64,000 bases of DNA from an uncultured virus (IMG/VR IMGVR_UViG_2882593062_000003) (IMGVR_UViG_2882593062_000003), one strand, 5' to 3'; shown: positions 31,087 to 41,557, numbered from the stretch's first letter. Translations and numbers: made by a program. Notes: generated from the letters alone by a model not told the origin.

Positions 31087-31566
31087 TTATCGTCTTCCTA
31101 AATAACGATTCTGATTCTTTAGAATTCGCCGGGATGTGCCTTCCACGATTGTCCGGGTGAAGCCCCGCTCGTCGAAATCGACCTTGTCGAAGGGCAGTTT
31201 CTGCAGGTGGTTGGCCACGGATTGCCCTACGGCGTCGTAGTTGATGGCCATTCCCCGGCCGACCAGACCGGACTGATACGCCATGCGGTCGCGCCCTAGT
31301 TTCTGGTAGGCCATTTCGCCCTGCGCGATGCGGGAAAGCATCCCGGAGGCCGCAAACGCCCGGTCGTCCGACAGCAGCCGTTCGGTCAGATGGTTGGGCA
31401 GGATGATGTCGTCGCGGCCGACGTTGATCAGCGACGGGCCGTCGACCAGCTCCACGCCCGACCGGCTGAACCACAACTCCCGGCCGGCCTCCCCGGCGAT
31501 GGCCGGTCCTTCGAAACGGTCGAGATTGTCCAGCCCTTTCCCGTCCTTGTACTGGGGGATCGGACG
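31087..31566 (-). pseudogene. orphan 3' end of a tape measure protein gene
   Basis: RPIPQYKDGKGLDNLDRFEGPAIAGEAGRELW...RYLGRR aligns to TMP at 44735-45220; no upstream TMP sequence; high GC. Confidence 0.9.
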
Positions 31567-31580
31567 ATATAATTTTGACT

Positions 31581-32750
31581 TCAGGAGTTAAAATCACTGA
31601 CTAAGAGGTTTCTTCTTTTTTTATAGTAATGTTGGTTATAGTGCTTTCGACAGTAATACAGACTTTTTTTTGTTGGACTATCACACAACATGCAAACCCT
31701 AATGGGTTTATGTTGTAACTGAGGTGGCTTTCTGGGTCTTAAAATTCGGTTCGCGTATGCGTCAAGCCTCGCCTTTTTTCTTTGTAGATAGATTGTCGCG
31801 CCGTGATACATGTAATTGTATAACCTCAAAACCTGCTGCCTGCCACCAACTAAAATTGTAATAATTTTTAAATAGCCGTCCGGGTGGGAAATTCGCCTTT
31901 GAAAATATACATCACATTTAGCCATTAAAAACTCCCTTAGTGGATCAATAAAGTCCATATGCCCAATAAATCCAGCAGTACACCTGAATGTGGTTCTGCT
32001 CTTATCATTGCTGCGAAGAAGTACAGTTTCAGGATTAGTTATCCACCCATCGCCATCAAAGAAGCCTCTAACAAAGTGATGTATAAGGGACGGGTCAATA
32101 AAGTCAGGAAAAGAAATATTATAAGTCTTTCGTGCGTTTATCCCCCACCTTTCTAAAGCGCCGGACATACGCTGGTTCTTAATCTGGATTTTGCAGTACC
32201 TGTGTACATGACCCTTTTTCTTAGGGCGCTCTTCTCCGTAAACAAGCGGCTTGTCGGGATATACCAACCTGTTGAGCCTTTCCATCAATTCCGCATCTCC
32301 TTGTTGTAGCATCAGCACAATCAGGTTTTTCTCTGGCAAGTGATATCCATCGGCGTAAAGCATCCCGAGAAAATACGCTTTTTCCTCTGTGTCTATGCGA
32401 TCAAAAAAGTCCTCATTGATTGCATAGCGCCTGTTTCTAAGGGATCGGTCTCGAATTGGTACATTGCGCCTCTTTAATGTATTGAATATGGTCATAGGAG
32501 AAAGGCCGAATAGCTTAGCGACTTTCCCCAACGGCTTGCCTGAAAGGTACTCTTTGGCAATTTCCTCCGCGATACCATCGGTTTTCGATATTGATCTGAT
32601 GGAAACTTCATTTTTTTTCAGGACATAGGTCACCGCCTTCCGGCTTGCGCCCATTCGTTCAGCGACTTCCCTCTGATTGAGTCCAGACAGATACAAATCA
32701 ATTATTTGGGCATCCATCCCTTTTAGTTTCCCTGATTGCTTATTGCTCAT
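31581..32750 (-). CDS. LAGLIDADG homing endonuclease with two N-terminal HTHs and C-terminal Cys/His motif
   Basis: EKAYFLGMLYADG and HFVRGFFDGDG motifs; CxxC...CxxHY tail. Confidence 0.85.
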   Translation of the reverse strand: MSNKQSGKLKGMDAQIIDLYLSGLNQREVAERMGASRKAVTYVLKKNEVSIRSISKTDGIAEEIAKEYLSGKPLGKVAKLFGLSPMTIFNTLKRRNVPIRDRSLRNRRYAINEDFFDRIDTEEKAYFLGMLYADGYHLPEKNLIVLMLQQGDAELMERLNRLVYPDKPLVYGEERPKKKGHVHRYCKIQIKNQRMSGALERWGINARKTYNISFPDFIDPSLIHHFVRGFFDGDGWITNPETVLLRSNDKSRTTFRCTAGFIGHMDFIDPLREFLMAKCDVYFQRRISHPDGYLKIITILVGGRQQVLRLYNYMYHGATIYLQRKKARLDAYANRILRPRKPPQLQHKPIRVCMLCDSPTKKSLYYCRKHYNQHYYKKRRNLLVSDFNS

Positions 32751-33109
32751 CTTTTGATTGACTTTTTGAATGCTACAGATAATCGACGCGATATAGGTAT
32801 CCTTTCATTGTTACCAAGCTTCGCAAACACCTCTCCTTGACCATTTTGGCGTATCTCGGATATAAGCGACTCGTTCACTAGATGCGACCGATGTATCCTT
32901 ATAAAGCCGGGCAGTTCCCTCGACAGTCGCGCGAGGTGAATGGCGATCAGGTGCTTCCGCCCATTCTTTAAAATAAGCCAGCTATAGCTTCCGGCCGCTT
33001 CAAAGCGCACGATCTGGCTGAGGTAGACCCAGTCCGTATTCGCCCCGATGCGAAGCGTGAAGACGGCAATTTTAACGGGCTTAGCGGGCCGGTCACGGAG
33101 TGTAGTCAT
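32747..33109 (-). CDS. stand-alone LytTR DNA-binding protein (copy A)
   Basis: I.RFEA.GSYS...FIRIHRSHLVN...IPISRR; start MTTLR at 33109. Confidence 0.85.
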   Translation of the reverse strand: MTTLRDRPAKPVKIAVFTLRIGANTDWVYLSQIVRFEAAGSYSWLILKNGRKHLIAIHLARLSRELPGFIRIHRSHLVNESLISEIRQNGQGEVFAKLGNNERIPISRRLSVAFKKSIKR

Positions 33110-33827
33110 GGTAGAAGAGTTCAGACATAATGATGCCGTACAGCTTTTCCAGATGCCCATGCCGCTCGGCGACCTCCAGCAGCGAGACGCCCGGTTGTCG
33201 CCGGTAGCCCCGGATGTTGACCCGGTAGAGCTGGTAGAGCCGGTCATAGAGCCAGTTCCAGGCTTCATGCTGGGGAATATCCCGCTCCCCGCAGTAGTCG
33301 TTGATGAGCTTGTTGATTTCCTCCCGGCTGGAGGGTTGGGGCGGGGCGACCGGAGCCGGTTGAGAATACCGACCGCCCGTGATCAGGTGCGTGACCAGCG
33401 TTTCCAGCTTCGCCAGACGGCCACTTTGCTCGGTGAGTTGCTGGGCGTGGTTGACCAAGAGGGCTGCTTGCTGGAGCATCAGTTCCGCCGAACCGCCCGC
33501 CACCGCTTCGGGGGCGGGAACGGTCTGCTGCAACTGCTTTTCGCATTCGATGAAGTAGCGCCGGGCCTGTTTGCCCTTCTCGTTACCCTCCACCATCGCC
33601 AGTTCCTTGGCCGCTTCCAGCGTCAGGGCGTAGTCCAGTTCGGGCCGACCTTTTTCTAAAATTTTAGAAATAACCACAAAGTCCTGCCCCTCAATCAAGT
33701 CATACTTCTCAATCCGGTTTTTCATCCAATCGGCAAACTTGGAGCGGATTTGAAGGAAGCCGTGCAGGGTCCGGGCGGAAACGACCGCCCGGCCTTCTTT
33801 CTGTTCAATGGGAATCAAGGCGTTCAT
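33093..33827 (-). CDS. AntA/AntB antirepressor family protein (copy A)
   Basis: VSAR.LH.FL....FADW.K.RI.KY...AKELAMVE.NEKGKQARRYFIECEK. Confidence 0.85.
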   Translation of the reverse strand: MNALIPIEQKEGRAVVSARTLHGFLQIRSKFADWMKNRIEKYDLIEGQDFVVISKILEKGRPELDYALTLEAAKELAMVEGNEKGKQARRYFIECEKQLQQTVPAPEAVAGGSAELMLQQAALLVNHAQQLTEQSGRLAKLETLVTHLITGGRYSQPAPVAPPQPSSREEINKLINDYCGERDIPQHEAWNWLYDRLYQLYRVNIRGYRRQPGVSLLEVAERHGHLEKLYGIIMSELFYHDYTP

Positions 33828-35269
33828 TGGAGAGATAGTGTTTGCGGGTGGTAAGGGTTGGTCTGGGCCATCTGGCTAAGCAGTAGCTGCTCTCCGGCAT
33901 CGACGTACTTCGTCAGCATTTCGGACGAGGTATGCCCCGCGTTCGCTTGCAGGACCAGCGTAGGCGTTTTCAGCATCGCCCGGTGCGTCAGACCCGTATC
34001 GCGGCCCATGCCGAAGGTCAGCCGGATCGGCTTTCCTTTGCTGTCCCGAAGGCCCGCCAACAGGCTGATCTGCGTCAGCCGGGCATGGTACAGACTGTAA
34101 CCGGCGTACTTTAGCCCCTTCACCCCGCCCCACTTCGCCAGAAGCCTCTCGGCGCGGGGCGTCACATCGACGTACATGTGAATGTCGGCCCGGCGCTGTT
34201 TGACGCGTGGGTGAATGAAGTACCTGCGGCCGCTGACCGGATCGGTCTTAAAGTGCATCGTGGGCAGTTCCATGAAATCGGCATGATGCAGGCAGAGTTC
34301 CGCCGCCACCAGCCAGCTTTCGAGGTAGTGTTGCAGGTCGTGGGGTAAGTCCAAGCGTTCAAGGAAGTCCATTTGCTCGAAGGTCAGCGGTTTGGGGCTG
34401 GCTTTCGACTTACCCCCGTTGCGAACCGCATGCAGGGGGTTGTATTTCAGATAGCCTTTCAGCACCGCATAATCCAGCAGTTGACGAAGGAAGGTCACCG
34501 TGTAGGCGATGGTGGAGTGTTTGACCGGCCGGCCGTAGCGGGACACCTGTCGCTGCAAAAATTCTTTCAGGTTGACTGCATCAGCGGCCGTTACCTCCAG
34601 CAGGGATCGGTCGACAAGGTTGGCCTCCCTGAGGAAGGTTTCGATCAGCTTCCAGCGGTAGCCATACGACTGGTAAGTGGCGGTGCTGATTTGCTCTCCG
34701 TCCCGCGTAAACCGGTTGTCGTTGATGAGTCTGCCCCGCACGGCGATAAACTCCCCGTAGAGGCTTTCCAGCGTGACGACCTTCCGGCGAATGCCTCTGA
34801 GCAGATCGGTGGCTTCCTTGCGAAAGGTATGCTGCACTTCCGCGTCCGGGTGAAAGGCTTCGGTCTGAGGGTCGAAACCCGTGCGCTGGTGGCGTTTCTG
34901 CATCCACACGGCCAATAGGTAGAGGTTCCGTGGGGTCGGCCCAATCTTCTCCTGCATCAAGAGCAGGTGAGCCAGTTCCAGCCTCCGGCGAAAGCCTTCG
35001 ATCTTGGTGTTGAGGTCAATGGAGTCGGGCCGGTTGGGAAAGCGGTAGCGGTTCTCCCAGACGGGCCGGGTGGTTTCGATCTTTGTTGACCGGGGGGCGG
35101 AAGCTTCTTCGCCCAAGAAAATCAGCACCTGAACCCTTCCCGCCGGGCTGGTTTGCAGGGTACGGCGGTTCTTTCGAAACTCGAAGCGGCAGCGCAGGGG
35201 CTTCTGGGAGAGCGTGGTGTAGAGGGCGGGCCCGAAGAAGGGGCCCGCCTGAGCGTTATATGCATTCAT
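33824..35269 (-). CDS. tyrosine recombinase/integrase-like protein with atypical active site (copy A)
   Basis: Arm-binding and SAM-like regions (A...GYL..NP); C-terminal AGHTSSEMLTKY. Confidence 0.8.
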   Translation of the reverse strand: MNAYNAQAGPFFGPALYTTLSQKPLRCRFEFRKNRRTLQTSPAGRVQVLIFLGEEASAPRSTKIETTRPVWENRYRFPNRPDSIDLNTKIEGFRRRLELAHLLLMQEKIGPTPRNLYLLAVWMQKRHQRTGFDPQTEAFHPDAEVQHTFRKEATDLLRGIRRKVVTLESLYGEFIAVRGRLINDNRFTRDGEQISTATYQSYGYRWKLIETFLREANLVDRSLLEVTAADAVNLKEFLQRQVSRYGRPVKHSTIAYTVTFLRQLLDYAVLKGYLKYNPLHAVRNGGKSKASPKPLTFEQMDFLERLDLPHDLQHYLESWLVAAELCLHHADFMELPTMHFKTDPVSGRRYFIHPRVKQRRADIHMYVDVTPRAERLLAKWGGVKGLKYAGYSLYHARLTQISLLAGLRDSKGKPIRLTFGMGRDTGLTHRAMLKTPTLVLQANAGHTSSEMLTKYVDAGEQLLLSQMAQTNPYHPQTLSLQ

Positions 35270-35278
35270 GGGAAAGAA

Positions 35279-35587
35279 TCAGTTTTGGGAGAAGCGGTAG
35301 GGAAAGGTGTCGGCCGTAGCGGGCTTAGGCTGGGGCAGCTGGTTTTTCAGCAGGGCCAGCAAGCGGTCAATAAGCCGCTTTTGGGAATCAATCACCTGAT
35401 CGCGGTGGTCGATATGGCGATTCAGCAGCTTTTCGCGCCGGGCCAACTCCTGAAAGTAGAGATCAGCGGGGTAGAAAACGCCGGTTTCGCCGGGGAAGAT
35501 GCGGGGCCGCAGGTCCGGGGAGGTGGGGCCAGGTTGGGGCGCACTTGCGCCAAAGGAGGCATTGTCGTAGTTTTGCTCCGTACTCAT
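35279..35587 (-). CDS. conserved 102-aa coiled-coil protein (copy A)
   Basis: Near-identical copy at 61364-61672. Confidence 0.75.
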   Translation of the reverse strand: MSTEQNYDNASFGASAPQPGPTSPDLRPRIFPGETGVFYPADLYFQELARREKLLNRHIDHRDQVIDSQKRLIDRLLALLKNQLPQPKPATADTFPYRFSQN

Positions 35588-35745
35588 GACATGAACGTGT
35601 TTTGGGTGTCACAAGCCCCTTCGCTGACGTCGCCAAACTGATAGCGTTGGGGTTTTTTGTTAGGGGTTGGCTTCCTTCATACGGTCCAGCGGGCAACCGG
35701 GTTGGTGCTATTCCGCCTTTTCTGATTTGAGCCGTTTCCGTATTA

Positions 35746-35777
35746 CAAAGGTAAGCAATCCTTGCATATATGCAAGG
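35746..35777 (-). promoter_or_regulatory. core promoter plus operator A
   Basis: Perfect palindrome CCTTGCATATATGCAAGG (35760-35777) upstream of -7 TACCTTTG. Confidence 0.75.
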
Positions 35778-35793
35778 GAAATAAGCAAAAAAA

Positions 35794-36018
35794 TTACTGC
35801 GTTTTGATATTTATCTCTAACTCAGCATTCAATGCTTTGGCAATTGTTTTCAAGGTGGCAACTGTAAAATTATTCTTTCCAACCTCGTACCCAGCAACGG
35901 TGGACTCAGAGACACCGAGTTTTTGAGCAAAGGTAGCTTGAGTATACCCCTGCTTCTTCCTTAAATCCTGAATCAGCTTACCCAATTCTTTTGATGTGAT
36001 TGGCATTACAGAGATCAT
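35794..36018 (-). CDS. XRE-family HTH regulator (copy A)
   Basis: LRKKQGYTQ.TFA.KLGVS.STVA.YE.G. Confidence 0.85.
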   Translation of the reverse strand: MISVMPITSKELGKLIQDLRKKQGYTQATFAQKLGVSESTVAGYEVGKNNFTVATLKTIAKALNAELEINIKTQ

Positions 36019-36334
36019 TTTGAGCTAAAGTGGAAGAAAGAAATTCATCAAAACAAAGATCAAGCATTTAATTATTAAAGTTGGAATTTGCCTTAACAAA
36101 AGGCAATAAAAAAATTAATGAAGCACAGATAAAAAATATCAATGAAAGATTAACTTTGAAACCTAAAAAAATGCAAAAAATAATTATACAAAAACTTCAA
36201 AAAGTGAAATGAAAAAAGAACCAAACTTGTACAATCAAACAGGAAAATGCTCTTAAATACCTAACACCAAAATTATCAATTAATTAAAATTGATAAAATG
36301 TTTTATTATTTGTTAAAAATAAAGAAAGAGATTT

Positions 36335-38671
36335 ATGGACAAAAGTGAAAAAGAAACAATAGATGAATTGTTAAAAAAATTAAAATCAGAAGACCTGGAT
36401 TATAGAGAAATAATTCGTCTATCGAATCAATTATCCAAATATGACACAAAATACCAAAGATTTGTTATAGATGCAAAGACACTAATCCATTTAGGGAGAG
36501 ATAGCATAAAGGACCACACAACAGCATTACTTGAACTAGTAAAGAATAGTTACGACGCAGACGCAAAAAATGTAATTGTTGAAATATATTCAAAAGGTGA
36601 AGAGAAGTATATAAGAGTAGCAGACAATGGTTTTGGAATGAAAAAAGAGGAGCTGTTAAATAATTGGTTAAGAATCGGATTTTCTAATAAAAGACAGTCA
36701 AAGTTAAGTAATTTAGGCAGGAGGAGGACAGGCGAAAAAGGCATTGGAAGAATTTCAACTGATAGATTAGGTTCAAAATTAGTATTAAAAACAAAAAGTA
36801 GTGATGATAAAATAGTTGGCTTAAAAGTAGATTGGGATGATTTTGATACAGAAGGGAAAGACGTATTTGATATAAATGTAGAAATATTCGAGCCTATTGA
36901 AATTGATATCCCTAAAAATGAAATTAACAATTCATTAACTGGAACAGAAATAATAATAACAAACTTAAGACAAAATTGGACTGAAAAAAATGTAGAAAAT
37001 TTATACAATGAACTTTCCTCATTAACCCCGCCATTTGAAGATATAAAAGATTTTTCAATAGAATTAAAAAATGATATATTATCATCATTATCAAAAAAAG
37101 TAAGTACTGAATTTCTTAAGGCTGCAGAAATAGAATTAACACTTATATATGATGGAAAAGGAAAAGGCCTACTTTACACTATCAAAGATAAGCATCAAAA
37201 AGAAGAAATAGTTAAGGAAATATCTTGGCAAAATTTAATACAAAAAACATTTTCAAGTAACGAGCAAAACCAAATAAGTGAAGATCTGAGCTGTGGACCG
37301 GTAACAATAAAACTATTATTCTTTTTAAGGTCTGCTACAGCCGTAGCAGATTTAGATTTTAAATTGGCAGACCTAAGAGAATTTTTAAATGTAAATGCTG
37401 GCCTTAAAATATATAGAGATAATGTTGCCGTAAAGCCTTATGGATTTCCAAGTTCACAAAATGGATTTGATTGGCTTAGCTTAGCAGAAAGAAAAGCAAA
37501 AGATCCTGGTGGTATTGGGCGAGAAGACGGAGGTTTGGTTTTACCATACCAAATTGTTGGCGCAATATATATAACAAGGGATAACAACATTGCACTTACT
37601 GATAGTGCAGCTAGAGAAGGACTAGTAGAGTCAGAAGCCTTCAATGATTTAAAAAATTTGGTAATGGGTTCTATAGTGTTATTAGAAACTCACAGAGCCG
37701 ATTTATATCAAATGCTAGATAAGGAGAAAGAGACAAAAACACTAACTTCATCAAAAGAAAAAGAGTACATTAGAGATAAATTTTTAGTTGTAAAAGCAGG
37801 GTTAAATACGCTAAAAGAGGCAATTCAAGAGCAAGGTGACACAAAAATTAAAGATGAAAGCTTACAAATAGTAGAAAGTGCATCAGAGACGGTTTCTAAA
37901 GTTGAAATAATAGTTGAGAAAACTATAACTGAATTACTAGCATGGAACAGGGTTTTAAGTGGTTTGGCAACTTTAGGAATATCATCTGCAGTATTTGGTC
38001 ATGAAACGGAAAATTCAATTTCACAAGTTTTAAACTCTACCCATACAGCAAAGTTAATTTTAAATCAAATAACGCCTAATATTGAAGATGCAGTACAAGA
38101 AATAGATAAAGCCTTAGCGCATTCAACAAAAGTATCTGCTTGGGGTGCATATGCACTAACAAGAGTGCAAAAAGAAAAGCGAAGTAAAAAAGCATCAAAT
38201 ATTACGAGAATAATTGAAGCAGTAGTAAAAGAATTAAAGCCTGCATTTATGGCGGCTTCAATAGAAATAAAAGTAATAGGCGAAATGATTGTTAGTAAAA
38301 CCTATGTAATGGATATTGAATCAATACTAATAAATTTACTAACAAATTCGTACACAGCAGCGACACAAAAACCAGGTGATAGAAAAGTTAAAGTTGAAGT
38401 AGCAAGAGAAGACAAGAATGGACAAATCGGGTATTATTTTGCGGTATCAGACTCTGGCCCAGGAGTAGCAAAAGAGTTTAGAAAGAGGATTTTCGATCCA
38501 CTTTTTTCAACAAAGAATAGTAGTACAAATGCAAGTAAAAGTGTAGGTACTGGTTTAGGGCTTACAATTGTTTCCTCCATAGTAGCTGAGTTAAAAGGAA
38601 CAATTGAGGTTGATATAGATCCAATACTTAAAGGCGCAAGATTTAAAGTTTGGTTACCAAAGGAGAAATAG
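36335..38671 (+). CDS. GHKL (MORC/MutL-like) ATPase fused to histidine kinase
   Basis: ELVKNSYDADA, DNGFGM, GEKGIGR; H-box VFGHE; NLLTNS, DSGPG, GTGLGL. Confidence 0.85.
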   Translation: MDKSEKETIDELLKKLKSEDLDYREIIRLSNQLSKYDTKYQRFVIDAKTLIHLGRDSIKDHTTALLELVKNSYDADAKNVIVEIYSKGEEKYIRVADNGFGMKKEELLNNWLRIGFSNKRQSKLSNLGRRRTGEKGIGRISTDRLGSKLVLKTKSSDDKIVGLKVDWDDFDTEGKDVFDINVEIFEPIEIDIPKNEINNSLTGTEIIITNLRQNWTEKNVENLYNELSSLTPPFEDIKDFSIELKNDILSSLSKKVSTEFLKAAEIELTLIYDGKGKGLLYTIKDKHQKEEIVKEISWQNLIQKTFSSNEQNQISEDLSCGPVTIKLLFFLRSATAVADLDFKLADLREFLNVNAGLKIYRDNVAVKPYGFPSSQNGFDWLSLAERKAKDPGGIGREDGGLVLPYQIVGAIYITRDNNIALTDSAAREGLVESEAFNDLKNLVMGSIVLLETHRADLYQMLDKEKETKTLTSSKEKEYIRDKFLVVKAGLNTLKEAIQEQGDTKIKDESLQIVESASETVSKVEIIVEKTITELLAWNRVLSGLATLGISSAVFGHETENSISQVLNSTHTAKLILNQITPNIEDAVQEIDKALAHSTKVSAWGAYALTRVQKEKRSKKASNITRIIEAVVKELKPAFMAASIEIKVIGEMIVSKTYVMDIESILINLLTNSYTAATQKPGDRKVKVEVAREDKNGQIGYYFAVSDSGPGVAKEFRKRIFDPLFSTKNSSTNASKSVGTGLGLTIVSSIVAELKGTIEVDIDPILKGARFKVWLPKEK

Positions 38672-38673
38672 CC

Positions 38674-39333
38674 ATGGCAGGAAAAATTGCAATAATTGAC
38701 GATAACAAAGACCAAAGAGAAACCTTACAGAAGGCATTAAAAATTTTGCTTTCGGCAAATGGAAGTGATCTTGATGTTATAACAGTCTTTCCATTTGAAA
38801 ACCTTGAATTATATTCAAAATGGATTTTAGATGAAGAAATATGTGTTTTAATATTTGATGAAAAAATGCATGATGGGAGGGAAGATGGACAAGGCCCTGT
38901 ACATTATAAAGGCAGCGACTTAGTTGATACAATCAGACAGGTTTTTAAAGATATTCCTATATTTACAGTCACTGCTTATGCAAATGATGAAGAATTGCGT
39001 GCCAAATTTGGGCATTTTGAACAAATTATAAATCGAAAAGATTTTATTTGGTTTGGAGATAGGTATGTAAATATAATAATAAGGGCCAGTCAAAGATATC
39101 TAGATCAAAATCAAAAAGAAATGGCAGAATATAATTCTTTGACTAAACTCGCTGCCCTTGGAGATATAGATCAAAAGGACTCTGAAAGACTTGAGGCGCT
39201 TCAAATAAAGTTAAGCCTTCCTGTTATAAATACACTAAAAGATAGAGGAGAATGGATTAGGAAATATGAAAGCCAAATAGATGCACTTAATCAATTATTA
39301 CAGACAGTTCAAGCGAAAGTCAAAAAGTTATGA
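38674..39333 (+). CDS. response-regulator receiver-domain protein
   Basis: KIAIIDDN, LIFDEKM, IPIFTVTAY. Confidence 0.8.
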   Translation: MAGKIAIIDDNKDQRETLQKALKILLSANGSDLDVITVFPFENLELYSKWILDEEICVLIFDEKMHDGREDGQGPVHYKGSDLVDTIRQVFKDIPIFTVTAYANDEELRAKFGHFEQIINRKDFIWFGDRYVNIIIRASQRYLDQNQKEMAEYNSLTKLAALGDIDQKDSERLEALQIKLSLPVINTLKDRGEWIRKYESQIDALNQLLQTVQAKVKKL

Positions 39334-39947
39334 ATTGGAAACTTATACTAAAAAAAGCTGAAAATCAGCCTAAAACTGGAACTTATTCAGATTGGAAGGA
39401 ACAAATTGCTGAGGAGTGCTTTCATCGATGCGTATACTGTTCAATCCCCGAATCTCAATTTGGCGGGATTAATAATTACCATATAGATCATTACCGGCCT
39501 AAATCGCTACCAGAATTTATTCATTTGGAAAATGACATTTTGAATTTATTTTATGCCTGCCCTATTTGTAATAGGTTTAAAAGTAACGATTGGCCGAATG
39601 ATTCTGATGATCTTGAACTTGTATGTTATCCAGATCCATCTAAAATAGATTATTCGCATTTATTTAAAATGGATGATAATTTCTTATTACATGGCAATGT
39701 AGTTGCCGCAAGATATTTAGTTGAAAGGTTATTTTTGAACCGTGCTCAGTTGGTTTATGAACGAAAAGAGTTAACACTTATAAAAAAAGCAGCTCTTTTA
39801 ATTGATGAAATAATGAAAATAATTGGCAGAATTGAAGATAAAGAGTTACTTTTGGAAGCATTTGTATTAATTGGGGAATTACATAATACTTTAGCTGAGA
39901 AAGCTGAAGTTAGACCTTACGAACTTTTTGAAATTAGGCGCCCTTGA
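39330..39947 (+). CDS. HNH endonuclease
   Basis: CVYC...HIDHYRPK...NLFYACPICNRFKS. Confidence 0.85.
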   Translation: MNWKLILKKAENQPKTGTYSDWKEQIAEECFHRCVYCSIPESQFGGINNYHIDHYRPKSLPEFIHLENDILNLFYACPICNRFKSNDWPNDSDDLELVCYPDPSKIDYSHLFKMDDNFLLHGNVVAARYLVERLFLNRAQLVYERKELTLIKKAALLIDEIMKIIGRIEDKELLLEAFVLIGELHNTLAEKAEVRPYELFEIRRP

Positions 39948-41557
39948 ACATTAAAGAAATTGGATCATATTATACTCCCGACTTTTTGGCAAAGTTTATT
40001 ATTAACTTTGTTAAAGAAAGCTTAAACACTTCTGGGAGTTTATCCATCCTTGAACCAAGTGTTGGGGATGGTGCATTCCTTAAAGCTTTTTTAGAAAATA
40101 ATTTTGGTAACTCCTCCGATATAAAGTTCACTTCAATTGAGTTAAATGATCCTGAGTTAACTAAGGCAAAGAATATTTTTAATTTTTACTCTCAAGGTAA
40201 AAACCTTTCTAATTTTCAATTCTTTAATCAGGATTTCCTTGATTGGCAAAAAGATTGTAATGATAGATTTAATTTAATTATTGGTAATCCTCCATATATT
40301 AAATCAAATTTGTTAACATCAGAACAAATTTCTAACTCTCACTTGATTTTTACTTCAGCAGGATTAAATGAAAAATTTTTTAAAAATATATGGTCTTCTT
40401 TTTTGATTCGATGTACTCAACTTTTAACTGAAAATGGCATTTTAGCATTTGTTTTACCAGCAGAATTCTTACAAGTTAATTTTTCAAAACAAATTAGAAA
40501 GTTTCTAAAATCTCAGTTTGATAGAATTGAGGTTTTTACTTTTAATCAATTAATGTTTGAATCTACTGGCCAAGATACTATAATTTTATTTGGCTATCGG
40601 GAATCTCAAAAGCAAAAGGGAATTTATTTCTCTAACGTTTCTGATATCTCTCAATTGGAGGAACAAAGTTTTTTTTTGAATGAAAACGTAGCCTTATCTA
40701 ATTCTGAAACTAAATGGACTCACCATATTCTATCTTCAGATGAAATCAGTTTTCTTTATAATTTATATAATTCGGTAAACAAGATTAAAGATTTTTGTAG
40801 TTCCAAACCTGGCGTTGTTACTGCAGCTAACGACTTTTTTATTGTATCTGAAAAGGTAGAAAATTTTTATAATCTTAATCATTTTACTGAACCAATTATC
40901 CAAAAAGGCGCTTTTGTCAACGGTAGCGTTATTTTCTCAGGGGAAGATTATGCAACTTTGGTAAAATCTGGGAAGCCTTCAAAATTCCTTCGGTTAAGTG
41001 AGGATTCTATCTCTTCTTTTCCGCCTAGCGTTATTGAATATTTATCTTTAGGCTTAAATAAAAAAATTCATACAAGACATAAATGTGGAAAACGAAAGGT
41101 CTGGTTTATTGTCCCAAATATTGTACCTCCTGGTCATGGTCTTTTCTTTAAAAGATGCCATAGTTATCCTAAACTTCTTGTTAATGAGGCAAATATTCTT
41201 GTTACTGATGCCGCTTATAATGTTTACATGAAAGATAATTTCAATATTGAATCATTGGTATTTTCTTTTTACAATTCTCTTACACTTACATTTGCCGAGT
41301 TATTTGGACGATATTATGGAGGAGGGGTTCTTGAACTTACTCCTAATGAGTTTAGGGATTTGCCACTTCCTTATAATTCAATATCATTATCTGCTTTTAA
41401 GCAATTTAGCGATGATTTTAAACTTAAACACTCGATTTTCGATGTAACTTCTTTAAATGATTTCTCTATATTTAAAAATTCATTAAAAATAGATTCTGAA
41501 ACAATTTTGAAAATCAACGAAATTAAATCAAAACTTATTTTAAAAAGACTCCGTTAA
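39944..41557 (+). CDS. N6-adenine DNA methyltransferase (Eco57I/TaqI-like)
   Basis: GSYYTP, ILEPSVGDGAF, IIGNPPY. Confidence 0.9.
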   Translation: MNIKEIGSYYTPDFLAKFIINFVKESLNTSGSLSILEPSVGDGAFLKAFLENNFGNSSDIKFTSIELNDPELTKAKNIFNFYSQGKNLSNFQFFNQDFLDWQKDCNDRFNLIIGNPPYIKSNLLTSEQISNSHLIFTSAGLNEKFFKNIWSSFLIRCTQLLTENGILAFVLPAEFLQVNFSKQIRKFLKSQFDRIEVFTFNQLMFESTGQDTIILFGYRESQKQKGIYFSNVSDISQLEEQSFFLNENVALSNSETKWTHHILSSDEISFLYNLYNSVNKIKDFCSSKPGVVTAANDFFIVSEKVENFYNLNHFTEPIIQKGAFVNGSVIFSGEDYATLVKSGKPSKFLRLSEDSISSFPPSVIEYLSLGLNKKIHTRHKCGKRKVWFIVPNIVPPGHGLFFKRCHSYPKLLVNEANILVTDAAYNVYMKDNFNIESLVFSFYNSLTLTFAELFGRYYGGGVLELTPNEFRDLPLPYNSISLSAFKQFSDDFKLKHSIFDVTSLNDFSIFKNSLKIDSETILKINEIKSKLILKRLR

